Shown: one piece after another, positions 26,451 through 40,239 of the stretch
Numbering within the stretch: the stretch's first letter is position 1
Layout of the letters: each line of letters starts with the position of its first letter
NCBI RefSeq assembly: GCF_963921235.1
Contig: NC_086097.1
Span: forward strand, 217,622,001-217,686,000
Direction: 5' to 3'
Length of the DNA stretch: 64,000 nucleotides
Origin: Mobula hypostoma
Taxonomy: Eukaryota
The notes under the pieces: generated by a model
Database searches by the model: none
What the model was told of the DNA's origin: nothing
Seen by the model: the letters and a program-made list of their open reading frames with translations, nothing else
Made by a program: the position numbers and the translations under genes

Positions 26451-27526
26451 TTGAGACAAAATTTTAATACTTTAATGTTTGGTATTGAATGTAATGATCC
26501 AATTTGATTTTTTTACAAGACCGAAGTTTAGAGAAGAAAGTTGTAATGGGATTTAGAGAACAGGTTATTGTGTTGATCTTCAGTTACTGTAAACAAGTGT
26601 GGAATCCACTTGTTTTATTTGAATTTTCAGTTAGTTCTTTTAAAATTCTGTGCTACAGCATAGTTTTCTATTCAAACAAATAAACTGCAAGAATAAACAC
26701 AAAGTACTTAATTTGCCTACTTCTGCAATTTTCTGCCATTGCAAACTAGGTGGACTATAGCCATCTCCTTGTGTTCAGTAATATTAATCATTCCAGCAAA
26801 TGGCGTCACTTCTAGTTTTGTGGTAAATACTTCGTGCTGCCTTGCTTCTATAATACATAGGAGGATCAGTAGGCTACAAAAATACATATTTTTCTACAGT
26901 TTCAGGATATTGATGCTCAAGTTTCAATTATGTTCTGTTTCCAAATATTAGCCTTTGTAGGGATAATTTATACTGTTTTACCTGGCAGTCAAAATTAAAC
27001 AGTGGAGTTTACAACCTTACAGCTGAAATACCAGCACCTACAACACAAATCACCTTCTAAAAGGTTTTATAGCCCTATTCTCATTTTCCAACTCTCTCCA
27101 TTGACCTACAGGGTTAGAGGAATGCTGCACCTTAAACCACAGTGAATTCACTGTCTCAGATAACGCCTTTGTCCCCCATCTCTCCCACCACCTTCTCTGC
27201 AACTTAAAATGTGATTTCTAATATTTTATGTTTCAATCTCAATACTTGTCAGAACCTGTGTTGTGTTTGTGACAAGAGACCAGCTAAGGGCAAGTATTTT
27301 TTTTAGGAGTGAATACAGGATTGTTTGTATGAATATACAAAAGTAATCAGGGCCATTGCTTCCGTGAGACTGTAATTTTCTGTGAACATCCTCCAGCAAC
27401 TTGTCTGTGGGATGCTGTCCAGGCTTGAACTTCAGTCCTTTAATTTCATATGGCTTTCTAATTTTTTCATGCATGAATCACTGGGAAGGACATCACTTAT
27501 TACCTAACCAAAACTGGCCTTAAGCA

Positions 27527-30299
27527 CACACATCAAAGTTGCTGGTGAACGCAGCAGGCCAGGCAGCATCTCTAGGAAGAGGTACAGTCGACGTTTCAGG
27601 CCGAGACCCTTCGTCAGGACTAACTGAAGGAAGAGTTAGTAAGAGATTTGAAAGTGGGAGGGGGAGGGGAAGATCCAAAATGATAGGAGAAGACAGGAGG
27701 GGGAGGGATGGAGCCAAGAGCTGGACAGGTGATTGGCAAAAGGGATATGAGAGGATCATGGGACAGGATGTCTAGGGAGAAAGAAAAGGGGGGGGAAACC
27801 CAGAGGATGGGCAAGGGGTATAGTCAGAGGGACAGAGGGAGAAAAAGGAGAGTGAGAGAAAGAATGTGTGTATATAAATAAATAACGGATGGGGTACGAG
27901 GGGGAGGTGGGGCATTAGCGGAAGTTAAAGTCATCAATGTTCATGCCATCAGGTTGGAGGCTACCCAGACAGAATATGAGGTGTTGTTCCTCCAACCTGA
28001 GTGTGGCTTCATCTTTACAGTAGAGGCAGCCGTGGATAGACATGTCAGAATGGGAATGGGATGTGGAATTAAAATGTGTGGCCACTGGGAGATCCTGCTT
28101 TCTCTGGCGGACAGAGCGTAGGTGTTCAGCAAAACCATCTCCCAGTCTGCGTCGGGTCTCGCCAATATATAGAAGGCCACATCGGGAGCACCGGACGCAG
28201 TATATCACCCCAGCCGACTCACAGGTGAAGTGTCGCCTCACCTGGAAGGACTGTCTGGGGCCCTGAATGGTGGTGAGGGAGGAAGTGTAAGGGCATGTGT
28301 AGCACTTGTTCCACTTACAAGGATAAGTGCCAGGAGGGAGATCAGTGGGGAGGGATGGGGGGTACGAATGGACAAGGGTGTCGCGTAGGGAGCGATCCCT
28401 GCGGAATGCAGAGAGAGGGGGGAAGGGAAAGATGTGCTTAGTGGTGGGATCCCGTAGGAGGTGGCAGAAGTTATGGAGAATTATATGTTGGACCCGGAGG
28501 CTGGTGGGGTGGTAGGTGAGGACCAGGGGAACCCTATTCCTAGTGGGGTGGTGGGAGGATGGAGTGAGAGCAGATGTACGTGAAATGGGGGAGATGCGTT
28601 TGAGAGCAGAGTTGATGGTGGAGGAAGGGAAGCCCCTTTCTTTAAAAAAGGACATCTCCCTCGTCCTGGAATGAAAAGCCTCATCCTGAGAGAAGATGTG
28701 GCGGAGATGGAGGAATTGCGAGAAGGGGATGGCATTTTTGCAAGAGACAGGGTGAGAAGAGGAATAGTCCAGATAGCTGTGAGAGTCAGTAGGCTTATAG
28801 TAGACATCAGTAGATAAGCTGTCTCCAGAGATAGAGACAGAAAGATCTAGAAAGGGGAGGGAGGTGTCGCAAATGGACCAGGTAAACTTGAGGGCAGGGT
28901 GAAAGTTGGAGGCAAAGTTGATAAAGTCAACAAGCTCAGCACGTATGCAGGAAGCAGCGCCAATGCAGTCGTCAATGTAGTGAAGGAAAAGTGGGGGATG
29001 GATACCAGAATAGGTTTGGAACATAGATTGTTCCACAAAGCCAACAAAAAGGCAGGCATAGCTGGGACCCATACGGGTGCCCATAGCTACACCTTTAGTT
29101 TGGAGGAAGTGGGAGGAGCCAAAGGAGAAATTATTAAGAGTAAGTACTAATTCCGCTAGAAGGAGCAGAGTGGTGGTAGAGGGGAACTGATTAGGTCTGG
29201 AATCCAAAAAGAAGCAGAGAGCTTTGAGACCTTCCTTATGGGGGATGGAAGTATATAGGGACTGGTGAAAATAAAGCGGTGGGGGCCAGGGAACTTAAAA
29301 TCATCGAAAAGTTTAAGAGCGTGAGAAGTGTCACGAGCATAGGTAGGAAGGGATTGAACCATGTCGAGGTATGCAGAAATGAGTTCGGTGGGGCAGGAGC
29401 AAGCTGAGACGATAGGTCTGCCAGGACAGGCAGGTTTGTGGATCTTGGGTAGGAGGTAGAAACGGGAAGTGCGAGGTGTGGGAACTATAAGGTTGGTAGC
29501 AGTGGATGGGAGATCCCCTGAGCGGATAAAGTCGGGGATGGTGTGGGAGACAATGGCCTGGTGCTCCTTAGTGGGGTCACGATCGAGGGGTAAATAGGAG
29601 GAGGTATCCGCGAGTTGTCGCTGTGCCTCAGCAAGGTAGAGGTCAGTACGCCAGACTACAACAGCAGCCTGCCTTATCAGCGGGTTTTATAGTAAGGTTA
29701 GGATTAGTGCGGAGGGAGTGGAGAGCACAGCGTTCGAAAGGAGTGTGGTTGCAATGGGAACAAGGTGAGGTGAAGTCGAGACGCTTGATGTCCCGTCGGC
29801 AGTTAGCAATAAAGAGATCCAGAGCAGGCAGAAGACCAGAGCGGGGTGTCCATGAAGAGGAGGAGGGTTGAAGACGGGAGAAGGGGTCATCGGTGGGGGT
29901 GGAAGAGTCCTTGCTGAAGAAGTAGGCTCGGAGACGGAGACAGCGGAAGAACAGTTCCGCGTCATGTCGAACACGGAACTCGCTGAGGTGTGGGTGAAGG
30001 GGGACAAAGGTGAGGCCCTTACTGAGGACAGAGCGCTCTGCCTCCGACAGTTGAAGGTTGGAGAGGATGGTAAAGACCCAGCACGGATGAGAGCTGGGAT
30101 CAGAGGGGGGAGGGGGGAGGCTGGGGATGTCAGTGGAGAGGGGAGGGTTGGGTTGAGAGGAAGCTGGAGCCTCTGAGGGCCCAGGAGCTGACGGTGGGAT
30201 CTGAGGGAGACGGGGTTGCAGAGTGGTGGTGGGGGAAGGGGAGACGGGAGTCACAATAGCAGCATATAAAGACCCGGCCTGGAGTTCAAGGCCGGAGTC
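27527..30299 (-). mobile_element. Penelope-like element (Neptune-type RT plus GIY-YIG), 5'-truncated and frameshifted
   Basis: ORF 27915-29207 has QTKGVAMG, YIDD, a Cys linker CKWNKCYTC and GVIYCVRCSRCGLLYIGET. Upstream frames are broken. Flanked by GCCTTAAGCA at 27517-27526 and 30300-30309 (probable TSD). Confidence 0.93.
27586..27621 (-). ncRNA. Minimal type I hammerhead ribozyme motif in Penelope terminal repeat
   Basis: AGTC-CTGACGA-AGG(GTCTCGG)CCT-GAAA-C-GTC-GACT: CUGANGA and GAAA cores, stem I AGUC/GACU, stem II AGG/CCU, GUC cleavage triplet. Confidence 0.8.
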
Positions 30300-30411
30300 G
30301 CCTTAAGCAGTGCAGTTTGCCAAGCATTTCAGATGGTATTTTAGAAGCAAGCATCGTGTGTCTGAAATCACACATAGGCCAGATTGGTTAATGTCCCCAA
30401 AGAACGTTTGT

Positions 30412-30768
30412 TTGTTCATTATGTACCATGTCGTATGACATGGGCGATCATGGTCTTTCCATGACCATGATTGTTCTTGGCAAATTTTTCCACAAAAGTG
30501 GATTGGCATTACCTTTTTCTGGGCAGTGTGTTTACAAGATGGGTGGCCCCAGCCATTATCAATACTCAGAGATTGTCTGCCTAGTGTCAGTATCACATAA
30601 CCAGCACTTGTGTTATACACCAGCTGATCATACGACCGTCCACCATCTGCTCCCATGGCTTCACGTGACCTTGATCTGGGGGAGAAGGGGGGCTAACCTA
30701 TAGGCTAGCAGAGGGAAGGAGCACCTTACTCCCCAGTTGCTAGAGACATATTTCCACTCCACCACCCC
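30412..30768 (-). mobile_element. SINE with RTE-type 3' tail
   Basis: + strand AGTGGATTGGCATTACCTT resembles the RTE/BovB 3' motif GTGGTTTGCCATTGCCTT; A-box-like head GGTGGTGGAGTGG on the - strand. Confidence 0.55.
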
Positions 30769-32474
30769 CAAAGAATATTAGTGAACCCAAAATTAGTTTT
30801 TCATATTAACTGTAATTAACATCAAGATACTTTACCAGGCTCAGTTGGTTTAAGTTTTAAGCTTTTGCAATTATCAAACAAATAGGTGGTTTCCTTCAGA
30901 ATAATCAAAACCTTATCAGAAAATTAAATGTTCTTTCTGCTAATTATCAAATAGAGATAACGTTATACTACATTACTTAATACAATTATGAATTACAATT
31001 TTTTGTAAATTATAAATTTTTAACTGGAAGGGGAAAACATTCTAATGGAATTAAATTTGGAATGGACACCTGTACATTTGAGTCTCGCAACACAAAGAGA
31101 AAGAAAATTACTGGGATAATGATCTTTTGGACTGAAAAATATTTTCCTTGTATGGATATCAAATGTATAAATAACTGGAACAAGTGCAACAAAAAAAAAC
31201 ACAACATTCAAGTGTGTCAAAAATTACTCTCTAACTAATGAAGATGATCAGCTAAACCCTAGGAAACCTGAACTGTCAATTTTCTTCAAAAACTTCCTTT
31301 ACCTCTCTAGTTTTGTAATTTTCTTTGTAAAATGTCTTTGTAGGACAGTAGAAAATCTCTCCCCACTTTTACTACTAGAATAACTTCTAAAAGTTAATTA
31401 CCGACAGTAAAGAATGAAACTTCCACATACAAAAATTCACTGTCCATTTCCCCCCGATTCAAAAGAATGCTCCCAATTCTGCCTGATCCTATGTTCATCT
31501 TCAAGTATCACTTAGAGAGCCATAAAATACAGTATCTCTCTCACACAGACACACTCACATTGGACAGTTACAGATGATTTTTCACATCTTTTGAAGACAC
31601 ATTGGATTTATTTTCATTTGGTTCCGATTTAAAGGAGAGGACACGACACACTTCTTTAATTCTGAACCAAGAATTTATCCCAAGCACTTTCCTCTGAAAC
31701 TACACAACAGAAAAATGCATAATCCAATGTCCTTCTTTCATCTGTTCTTTTCAATTTGTTTTACACCAGAGGGTTGTTAGTGTTATCAAATACTTCTGAC
31801 AAGTTGCAACACTCTAACTTGCAGAAACTGTGTAAATATTCCTCTGTAAAAACATAGCTTCGTCATCTCTCCAATCCATGGCATTTCCTCTTTTGAATGC
31901 TCTCTTGAACTTCAATCTGAGACCACCCAACGTTGCCCCAATTTGAAGATACCTAACTAAGCACAAGTACATTTCCTATCTCATTAGAATAAACATGAAT
32001 AAGGCCAAAGGAAAGAAAATGCTGAAGCCAGATTTAAATTTTTTAGTTTCTAATCAGGTCACCACCATAATGCATTTCAGATACAGTAACTTACAAACTT
32101 TTAACTTTAAAATATGATTTAAATCACCAACATGCCAAAAAATACATTAAAAAGATTTCAGAGCAGATATTCTTATTACTGCAATGTACCAGAATAATTG
32201 CTGGGATGAAATGTGGAGTCTGCAAACCTCTCCTTCCCCTTCCCAAAAACCAAGTGTAACAAAGAAACAATTTGCTCAGGGCTTTCAAGGACTGACTTTA
32301 AGGCACATAAATGATTTGCAAAAACATCAATGGTGTCAATGCAAAAGATATTCCAGGCCAATGTTCGAAGTTGTAACATTTATTGTAACAGTTCCAGAAA
32401 TGGAAGATAACCTACAGCAGGAAAGATCTTGGAAATGCTGAAAGTGATAATGATGCATCTTTGGTACATCTCAG

Positions 32475-33350
32475 AATCAGTTTTTTTTAAAATCACTGGG
32501 ATATAACGAAATATTTTCTTTTGCAGCTGCAATATAGTGCAATATATAATAAAAATGCTATAAATTGCAATAAGAAATATATATATATATAAATAAACTT
32601 TAAATAAGTAGCGCAAAAAGAGGGAAAAAATTTGTGAGGTAGTGTACCTGGGTTCATTGTCCATTCAGGAATCTGATGGCAGAGAAGAAGCTGGTTCCTA
32701 AAATGGTGAGTCTGTGTCTTCATGCTCCTGTACCTCGTTTTCAATGACAGCAATGAGAAGAGGGTCCTGGGTGATGAGAGTCCTTAATGATGTATACCAC
32801 CTTTTTGAGGCATCATCTTTTAAAAATATCCTCAATTCTGCAAAGGTTCATGCTAATGATGGAGCTGGCTGATTTTGCAACTTCCTGAAATTTTTCCCAA
32901 TTTTATGCGGTTGTGCCTCCATACCAGACGGTGATGCAACCAGTTAGAATGCTCTCCATCATACTACTGTAGAAATTTGTGAATCTTTGGTGACATACCA
33001 AATCTCCTCAAAGTCCTAATGAAGAATAACCATTTTCCAGCCTTCTTTGTAATTGCTTCAAATGTTGGGCCCTGGACTGACAGCCAGGAATTTGAAACTG
33101 CTCACCCTTTCCATTGCTGATCCCTCAGTAAAGACTGGTGTGTGCAGGGAGAATAGAGCATTTGACTAAGCACGCATCCTTGAGGTGTGTTGGTGTTGAC
33201 TGTCAGCGAGGAGATGTTATTTCTGATCTGTGGTCTCCCGATGAGGAAGACAAGGATCCAATTGCAGAGGGAGGTACAGAGGCCCAGGTTTTGGAGATTG
33301 TTGGTTAGTACTGAGGGTATGATATGTTGAACATTGAGCTGTATTCAATA
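32475..33350 (-). mobile_element. Rex1/Babar-like LINE 3' fragment
   Basis: RYRSMKTQTHHFRN-type C-terminus and degraded RT. Confidence 0.7.
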
Positions 33351-33789
33351 AACAAAACTCAAGTGAAATACAATTTAATTGGCTGGGCTGTCGCATACAT
33401 TAGATAACAGTAAAACATAGTGATACACCATTAAATCCTGTGTTTGTGGGGCCTAAATTATTATTTGAGCTCTGACCAGTGACCAATTCAGACATCAGAA
33501 TCTTGAGAGGTGGGAATTTCAGTCAGGTCCACTGACTGAGTAGAAAAAGGTAGCAGCAGATTGCAGCAGTTTATCTGGGCTCTAACCAGCGACCATTTGG
33601 TGTTTGGAATTGATTAGCAAGAGCAAACTGAAGGAAGGCAGGGGCAAGCGCAGCGGCCATTGAAGTGAACAGAGTCAGAGTGGTGATCTTGAGGCTTTAG
33701 CTCTTCCAGGCTTCAGTCAGAGAAAGCAAGTAAAAGGAAAAACTCTAGGTAAACTACATCTGCTCAATTAGGACAGTAGAGATGCCAGG

Positions 33790-34062
33790 GAGGTGAGAAG
33801 TACAAGGGGAACATGGAGGGGAAACTTCTTCACTCAGAGGGTCATGAGAGTGTGGAATAATCTGCCAGCACAAGTGGTGCAGGTGAGCTCAATTTTAATG
33901 TTTAAGAGAAGTTTGGATAGGTACATAGATGGCAGGGGTATGGAGGGCTATGGTCCCAGTGCGGGTTGATGGAAGAGGGCAGTCTAAACTGTTTTGGAAT
34001 GGACTAGATGGGCCAAAGGGCCTGTTTCTGTTCTGTACTTCTCTATGACTCTCTGACTCTAT
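33790..34062 (+). mobile_element. CR1 3' fragment
   Basis: FFTQRV-type end, 3' UTR and ctatgact tail. Confidence 0.8.
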
Positions 34063-34109
34063 GCCAAAAACGAGGAATTAACAATTTAATAATTTAAAAA
34101 ATTCTACAC

Positions 34110-34299
34110 ATGCTGGAAATCTTGAACAATACACACAACATGCTGGAGGAACGCAGCAGGTCAGGCAGTATCTATGGAGGACAATGAACAATCGACGTTT
34201 CAAACCAAGACCTAACGAAGGGTTCTCAGCCCCAAGTGTTGATTGTTTTCCATAGATACAGCCTGACCTACCGAGTTCCTCTAGCATTTTGTATGTGTT
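34110..34299. repeat. Fold-back element made of two inverted Penelope termini
   Basis: Arms atgctggaggaacgcagcaggtcaggcagtatctatgga and tccatagatacagcctgacctaccgagttcctctagcat. Confidence 0.75.
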
Positions 34300-35037
34300 C
34301 ATTAACAATTTTATCCTAATTTGTCTTAAAGAAAGCTGCACGTGGTTGAAAAATAGCCTATAAATATGTGGAAATGTGCCTACATTCAAATCATCACTCA
34401 TCTAATGTCATTTCTACGATAATATGTTCAGAAGAATTGAAATGCAGCAGCAACACATTTACTGATTAGCCACCGCAAACGGTCAGTATTTGTCTACATT
34501 AGAGTCATTCAACATAAAATGTAATTCTTTGATTAATGTGTTGAGACAAACAAGTCTGAAACATACTAAAATATGCATAATTATTTTTAAACAATGTTTA
34601 CACTACAGGTGACACTTAAAAGTGTTATGATCAGCGTAAGTAGTTCTCTACCTCAGTCAAACATTCAAACTATCCACAAAGCGGTATCTGAGTTCTTTCT
34701 TTAAAATCAGAAATTAGTGCCCAATTCCTAATTATTCAGGTGAACTTTCATGCCATTGCTGGTTAAATGTAAGCAGCTATTAGAAACCCTTTTGTGATTA
34801 ATCACCTGGACAGGAAGCCTGCTATTGCAGAGAAAAATACCTACCAAAAGAACCTGCCCAATGAATGACCAATGGTACAGAATTACTGTTGGCAACTAGG
34901 TACAGATGTTTTTGTTATTCTACACATCATGCCTAGAACAAGTGCCATGTAGGGAAGTAAACAAAAGAAACACCAATTAATCCTCTTAAGTTTATATCTA
35001 AAAGATGTCAAATGAACATGATTAATGATGTTTGACA

Positions 35038-35578
35038 TACTCTGGTTAAGCCACACTTGGAGTACTGTGTCCAATTCTGGTCGCCTCACTATAGGAAGGA
35101 TGTGGAAGCATTGGAAAGGGTAGAGAGGAGATTTACCAGGATGCTGCCTGGTTTAGAGAGTATGCATTATGATCAGAGATTAAGGGAGCTAGGGCTTTAC
35201 TCTTTGGAGTGAAGGAGGATGAGAGGAGACATGATAGAGGTGTACAAGATCATAAGAGGAATAGATAGAGTGGATAGCCAGCGCCTCTTTCCCAGGGCAC
35301 CACTGCTCAATACAAGAGGACATGGCTTTAAGGTAAGGGGTGGGAAGTTCAAGGGGGATATTAGAGGAAGGTTTTTTACTCAGAGAGTGGTTGGTGCATG
35401 GAATGCACTGCCTGAGTCAATGGTGGAGGCAGATACACTAGTGAAACTTAAGAGACTACTAAACAGGTACATGGAGGAATTTAAGGTGGGGGCTTATATG
35501 GGAGGCAGGGTTTGAGGGTCGGCACAACATTGTGGGCCGAAGGGGCTGTACTATGCTGTAATGTTCTATGTTCTATGT
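35038..35578 (+). mobile_element. Young CR1 3' fragment
   Basis: Near-identical to the reverse complement of 6075-6610; (GTTCTAT)n tail. Confidence 0.92.
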
Positions 35579-35879
35579 TTATACAATTTTGACAGCTTAT
35601 TAACATTCACCATGCTTTGAAATTTAGTTAATAATCAATATTGCAGTGGTACAGAACAGCTTCAGGGTAACAAAATATATAATCAAAAGACTAACCGGCT
35701 GGATGTACTGATGATGGACGTGCACTGGAAGCTCAAGTGTATATTTAGGGCCACATGCAACACAGAAATTTTGTTCCTGAACTATTAATATGTTGATACT
35801 TACATTTTTTTAAACTCTCACTCTAGCGAGGGCTTAGTAGACTAGGTGCTGTGCTCAGTAAGTTGTTTTCTGAGGGGAA

Positions 35880-38200
35880 ATGGGGGCAGACCTGGAAGAA
35901 TTGTCTTCTGGTACCTGTAACGTCCCTGTGAATCTTTTACAGCTTAAGATCATCCTTCATACAACTAGATAACCAGAATTACATGCAATAGTCCACATGT
36001 GGAACAGATGTAACATGGCATCTCAACTCTTGTATTCAAGTGTCCTGACTGATGAAAGCAAGTATGCCAAATACCTTCTTCATCACCCTGTCTACCTATA
36101 TATCCACTTTCAGGGAACTATGTAATTATACTCCTCGGTCTCTCTGTTCTCCAGGATACTGTACAAGGTCTGCCCTAGTATGACGTAACAAAGAACAAAT
36201 TGCATTTGTCCAAATTAAACTCCATCTACCATTCCATGGCACATTCTCCCAGTTGATATCGATGCTGTTGTAATGCTAGGCAACCTTCTTAACTGTCGAC
36301 AACACCATCAATTTTGGTGTCATCTACAAACTTACCAAGCATGCCAAATACATTCTCACCCAAATCATTAATGATGAACAGCAATGGAGCCAGCACAGAT
36401 CCCTGTGGCACAATGCTTTTCAAAAGCCTTCAATCTGAAAAAAAAACACCTCCATTTGCGCTCTTCGACTTCTTCCACCAAGCCAACTTTGGATCCACTT
36501 AACCAGCTCACTCAGGATCCCATGTGACCTAACTTTCCACGTCTGACCTTGTCAAAGGCCTTGCTAAAGTCCAAGACGGCAATATCTAACACCTTCATCA
36601 ATCCTTCTGGCTTTAAAAAACAATCACATTGAAGAGACACAACTTTAGAAGAACAAAACCATGCTATCCTTCATCAGTCCTTGCTTTTCCAAATGAAGAT
36701 ATATTCTCTCTCTCTCTCTCATCATCCCTTCCAGTAACTCTCCCAAGACTCACTAGCCTGTACTTCCTTAGCCTATCCTCGCACTTCTTCTTAAATAAGA
36801 GCATAGTATTAGCCAGTCTTTTGGTAACTCACCCGAGGCTAAAAATGATACAAATATCTCTGTTGCGGCCTCTGCAATTTCTTCCCTACCTTCCCACAAT
36901 GTCCTTGATCAGGCTCCACACATTGATTCACCTTAATGTAATTTAAGGCTACCAGCATCTCCTCTTTTGTAATTGGGAAATGTTCCAAGACATCACTATT
37001 CTCTTTTCAAGAATTCCCTCACTTCTATAACCTTCTCCACAGATGTGTAATATTCAGTTAAGACTTCACCCATCTCCCATAGCTCCACACATAGATGACC
37101 ACTGAGATCTTTAAGAGACCCTATTAAATTCCTAGTTACTCTTTTTTCTTAATATACTTAAGGGATTCTCCTTTACCTTAACTTACAAAGTTATTTCATG
37201 TTCTCCTTTTGCACTCTTGTATCTCTTTTGTGTACCCTTAATATTCCACAAGGAATTCTCTTGAACCCAGCTGCCAGTACCTGTCACATGCTTCCTTTTA
37301 CTTGATCAGAGCTTCAGTATCTTGTTGTACAGGGTTCCCTAATCCTTCCCATTAATAGAAACATGCCGACAATGAACTTGCCCCTTCTCACTTTTAAAAA
37401 TTCCCATGTGCCAAATATCCCTTTATCTGCATACAATCTTTCCCAATCAATCTTTGCACATTCTTGCCTAATGCTTTCAAAATTAACGTGCCCCTATTTG
37501 GGTCCTTAAATTATGGTCCAGTCTAATACTGTTCCATGATTATTTTCAAACTAATAGAATAATGTTCACTTGTCCCAATGTACTCTCCAAAGAAACCTGA
37601 ATCGCCCCATTTCCTAACAGGAGGTCCATCGTGGGCCCATTTTTACTACAGCCATCTATATATCACTTGAAAAAACTTTCCTAGACACACTTAAATTCTG
37701 CCCCATCTAAACTCATTGGATTATGGCAGTCCCAATCAACATGGTGAGTTAAAATCACCATCTATTACAACCCTATTATTTTTATAACCACCTGTATTCT
37801 CCTTACACATTTGCTCCTCTAATTCCTGCTGACTACTGGGGGCAAGTGGGAGGTTTTTAAAAGTGAGATGGAGGAGTTCAGGGTCAGCATGTTTCTATAG
37901 TACAATCTCACCAGGATTAACACTCTCTTTTTATTTTTGAATTCCACCCATAAGATTTCACTATCTGATTCCCCAGGAAAATCCAAATTACTGCTGTGAA
38001 GATCTCCCTAATTAAAAATAAATCAACTCCCCTTTCTCTCTCCCCACCTTCTATCACACTTCTTGCATTTGTACCTCAGAACATAGAGCTCAGTCCTGCT
38101 CGTCCCCCAACTATGTTTCTGCAAAAGCTACTCTGCCAGCTCTATGCTCAAAGTTCACCTGCCTTACTTGTCAGGTTTCTTGCATTAAAATAATGCAAGT
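35880..38200 (-). mobile_element. Old long CR1 ORF2 fragment
   Basis: Degraded RT and APE sequence, e.g. gaccttgtcaaaggccttgctaaagtcc (DFSKAFDKV on the - strand). Confidence 0.8.
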
Positions 38201-39569
38201 TAGTCTGTCAGATCTTCCTTACTCCTAGCTGCTGCTGCTATCAACTGAATGCTTGGTTTGGCTTCCACAATATGTCTATTAAAGATTTTAGTGCTAAATA
38301 ATACATAAAATCTGGCAATAAAAAAGGAACTAACATATGGTCCATCTAAGACTGGACACTTCAAATCATTCCCAAGAATTGAATCGGGATTGCTATTTAG
38401 AGCACAAAGGCATTCAGGATTTCAAAGATAATTTGTAATATGCTCCGATGCTCAGATATTTTCAACCAAATTTTATAGCTGAATGAACAAACATTATTTA
38501 CATGCATGGTTAACAATTTTTAAAATGTTTTCAAGATTCACTTTGATTGGATCAGTTTTCTCAGCTGTTTTAGCAAAATAGGTTGCTTAGAAATTTCAAT
38601 TTTCACTTGGCTGTGTATCTGTGCTTAAGTTGTCGTCTCATTTTCAGTCATTTTTAGGAGACAGAAAATTCAGCCCCTAATATGGGCATTCAGTTGGCAA
38701 CTATCAGCATTTAAAATTTTAGTTAAAGAAAATGGAATAGTTTGTATATATAAGCACTTTTTGGATGTTGGTTTTCATGGTCTGAACAGGAAATAGCTCA
38801 TTTAAGGGAAAAAAACACTAAAATAAACTCACTTGTAATTGAAAACAAATTTGTATCCAAAATTTACTCCAGTTCCTAACTATCATCAGTCTCACAATTC
38901 ACTCAACTGTATTTGAATAAATAATGTCCATCATTTAATCACAACTCTCAGAGCAATGTATCACTGTTTCCAATTAGGTCTTGTTGAAAGACAGATCTTT
39001 TCAATTCTGCAAAAACAACAGCATTTTCTCTTAAATGTTGGCTGAAAGTAAAAAAAAACTTTTTGGTTTTCTAAGATAATATGCTAAATTGGTTTGTGCA
39101 AAACAATAATGATTGCAATCTAGTGAGAGCAACCCCCCGCCCCAAAACAATAAAATCAATGATGTTGCTTTTATTTTGCAGCAAGCAATATTATTTAAAA
39201 CGTGATTCTGATGGCACATCTCATTGTTCATGTTATGTCGAGTTGGAAGATTTAATTATTGGAACCATCATTAGATTCATCACTGAATCTGGAAACTTTC
39301 GTGAAGCTTCAAGAACAGCAAATTCTGATTCACAAGACAATAGGCAGAGGGAGAACTAAAATCTGATGTATCAGTATTACAGTGGAGTAAAGGGAACTAC
39401 AGAGGCTTGAATGAGGAGCTGTCCAAAGTTGACTGAACAGGGTTACGAGCAGGAATGATGGCAGAGTAGCAATGGTTGGAGTTTCTGGGAGCAATTCGGA
39501 AAGCACAGGATAGATTAATCCCAAATAAGAAGAAATATTCTGGAGGATGAGGCAAATGTAGATGTCAAG

Positions 39570-40012
39570 GTAAGTCAAAGTCAATATAAAAGCAAAAGAG
39601 AGGGTATGCAACAGCAGAAATTAATGGGAAGCTAGAGGATTGGGAAGATCTTAAAAACTACCAGAAGGCAACTAAAAAAGCATTAAGGAGAGAAAAGATG
39701 AAATATGAAAGTAAACTAGCCAATAATATAAGAGAGGATAGCAGAAGTTTTTTCAGATATATAAAGAGTAAAAGAGAGGTGGGAGCACATATTGAACTGC
39801 TGGAAAAAGATACAGGTGAGGTAGTTATAGGCACAGAGAAATGGCAGACGAACTCAAGTAGTATTTTGCGACAGTCTTTACATGGAAGGCAACATGCCAA
39901 GAATTTGAATGTCAGGACACAGAAGTTAGTGTAGTTGCAATTACTAAGGAGAAGGTGCTTGGGAAGCTGGAAGGTAGTACGTCGGAAGGTAAAAAGTCAC
40001 CTCAACCAGATG
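39570..40012 (+). mobile_element. CR1 ORF2 internal fragment
   Basis: KYESKLANNIREDSRSFFRYIKSKR. Confidence 0.85.
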
Positions 40013-40239
40013 CTAAGTTTGGGCTTACACAGATAACATTACTTCCTAAATAGACAACAGTACTCACACAAACAAGCCTCCAATTACTGCTGTATCTTCA
40101 GTCACATGGTGCTTTTGTCAACAGGTGGAAGATAAACACAATTCAGCCCTAAGCAATTTTCATGATTTTGTTTTTGAATATTAGAGTAGAAGTACCTGTA
40201 TGTACAGCCATGCATTGACAGTACTCATTCTCGTAACAG

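Noticed and set aside
34424..34515. Possible third SNORD87-like relic (minus-strand CCGTTTG, terminal CTGA, ATGT/ACAT stem)
   Set aside because: No acceptable box C or D', and the spacing does not match; compatible with chance.
34850..34900. Two CCAAT motifs and GTTGGCAAC (promoter-like)
   Set aside because: No CpG island or adjacent exon; short motifs are expected by chance.
39274..39290. Box C-like GTGATGA (minus) in hairpin AGATTCA/TGAATCT
   Set aside because: No box D at a suitable distance.
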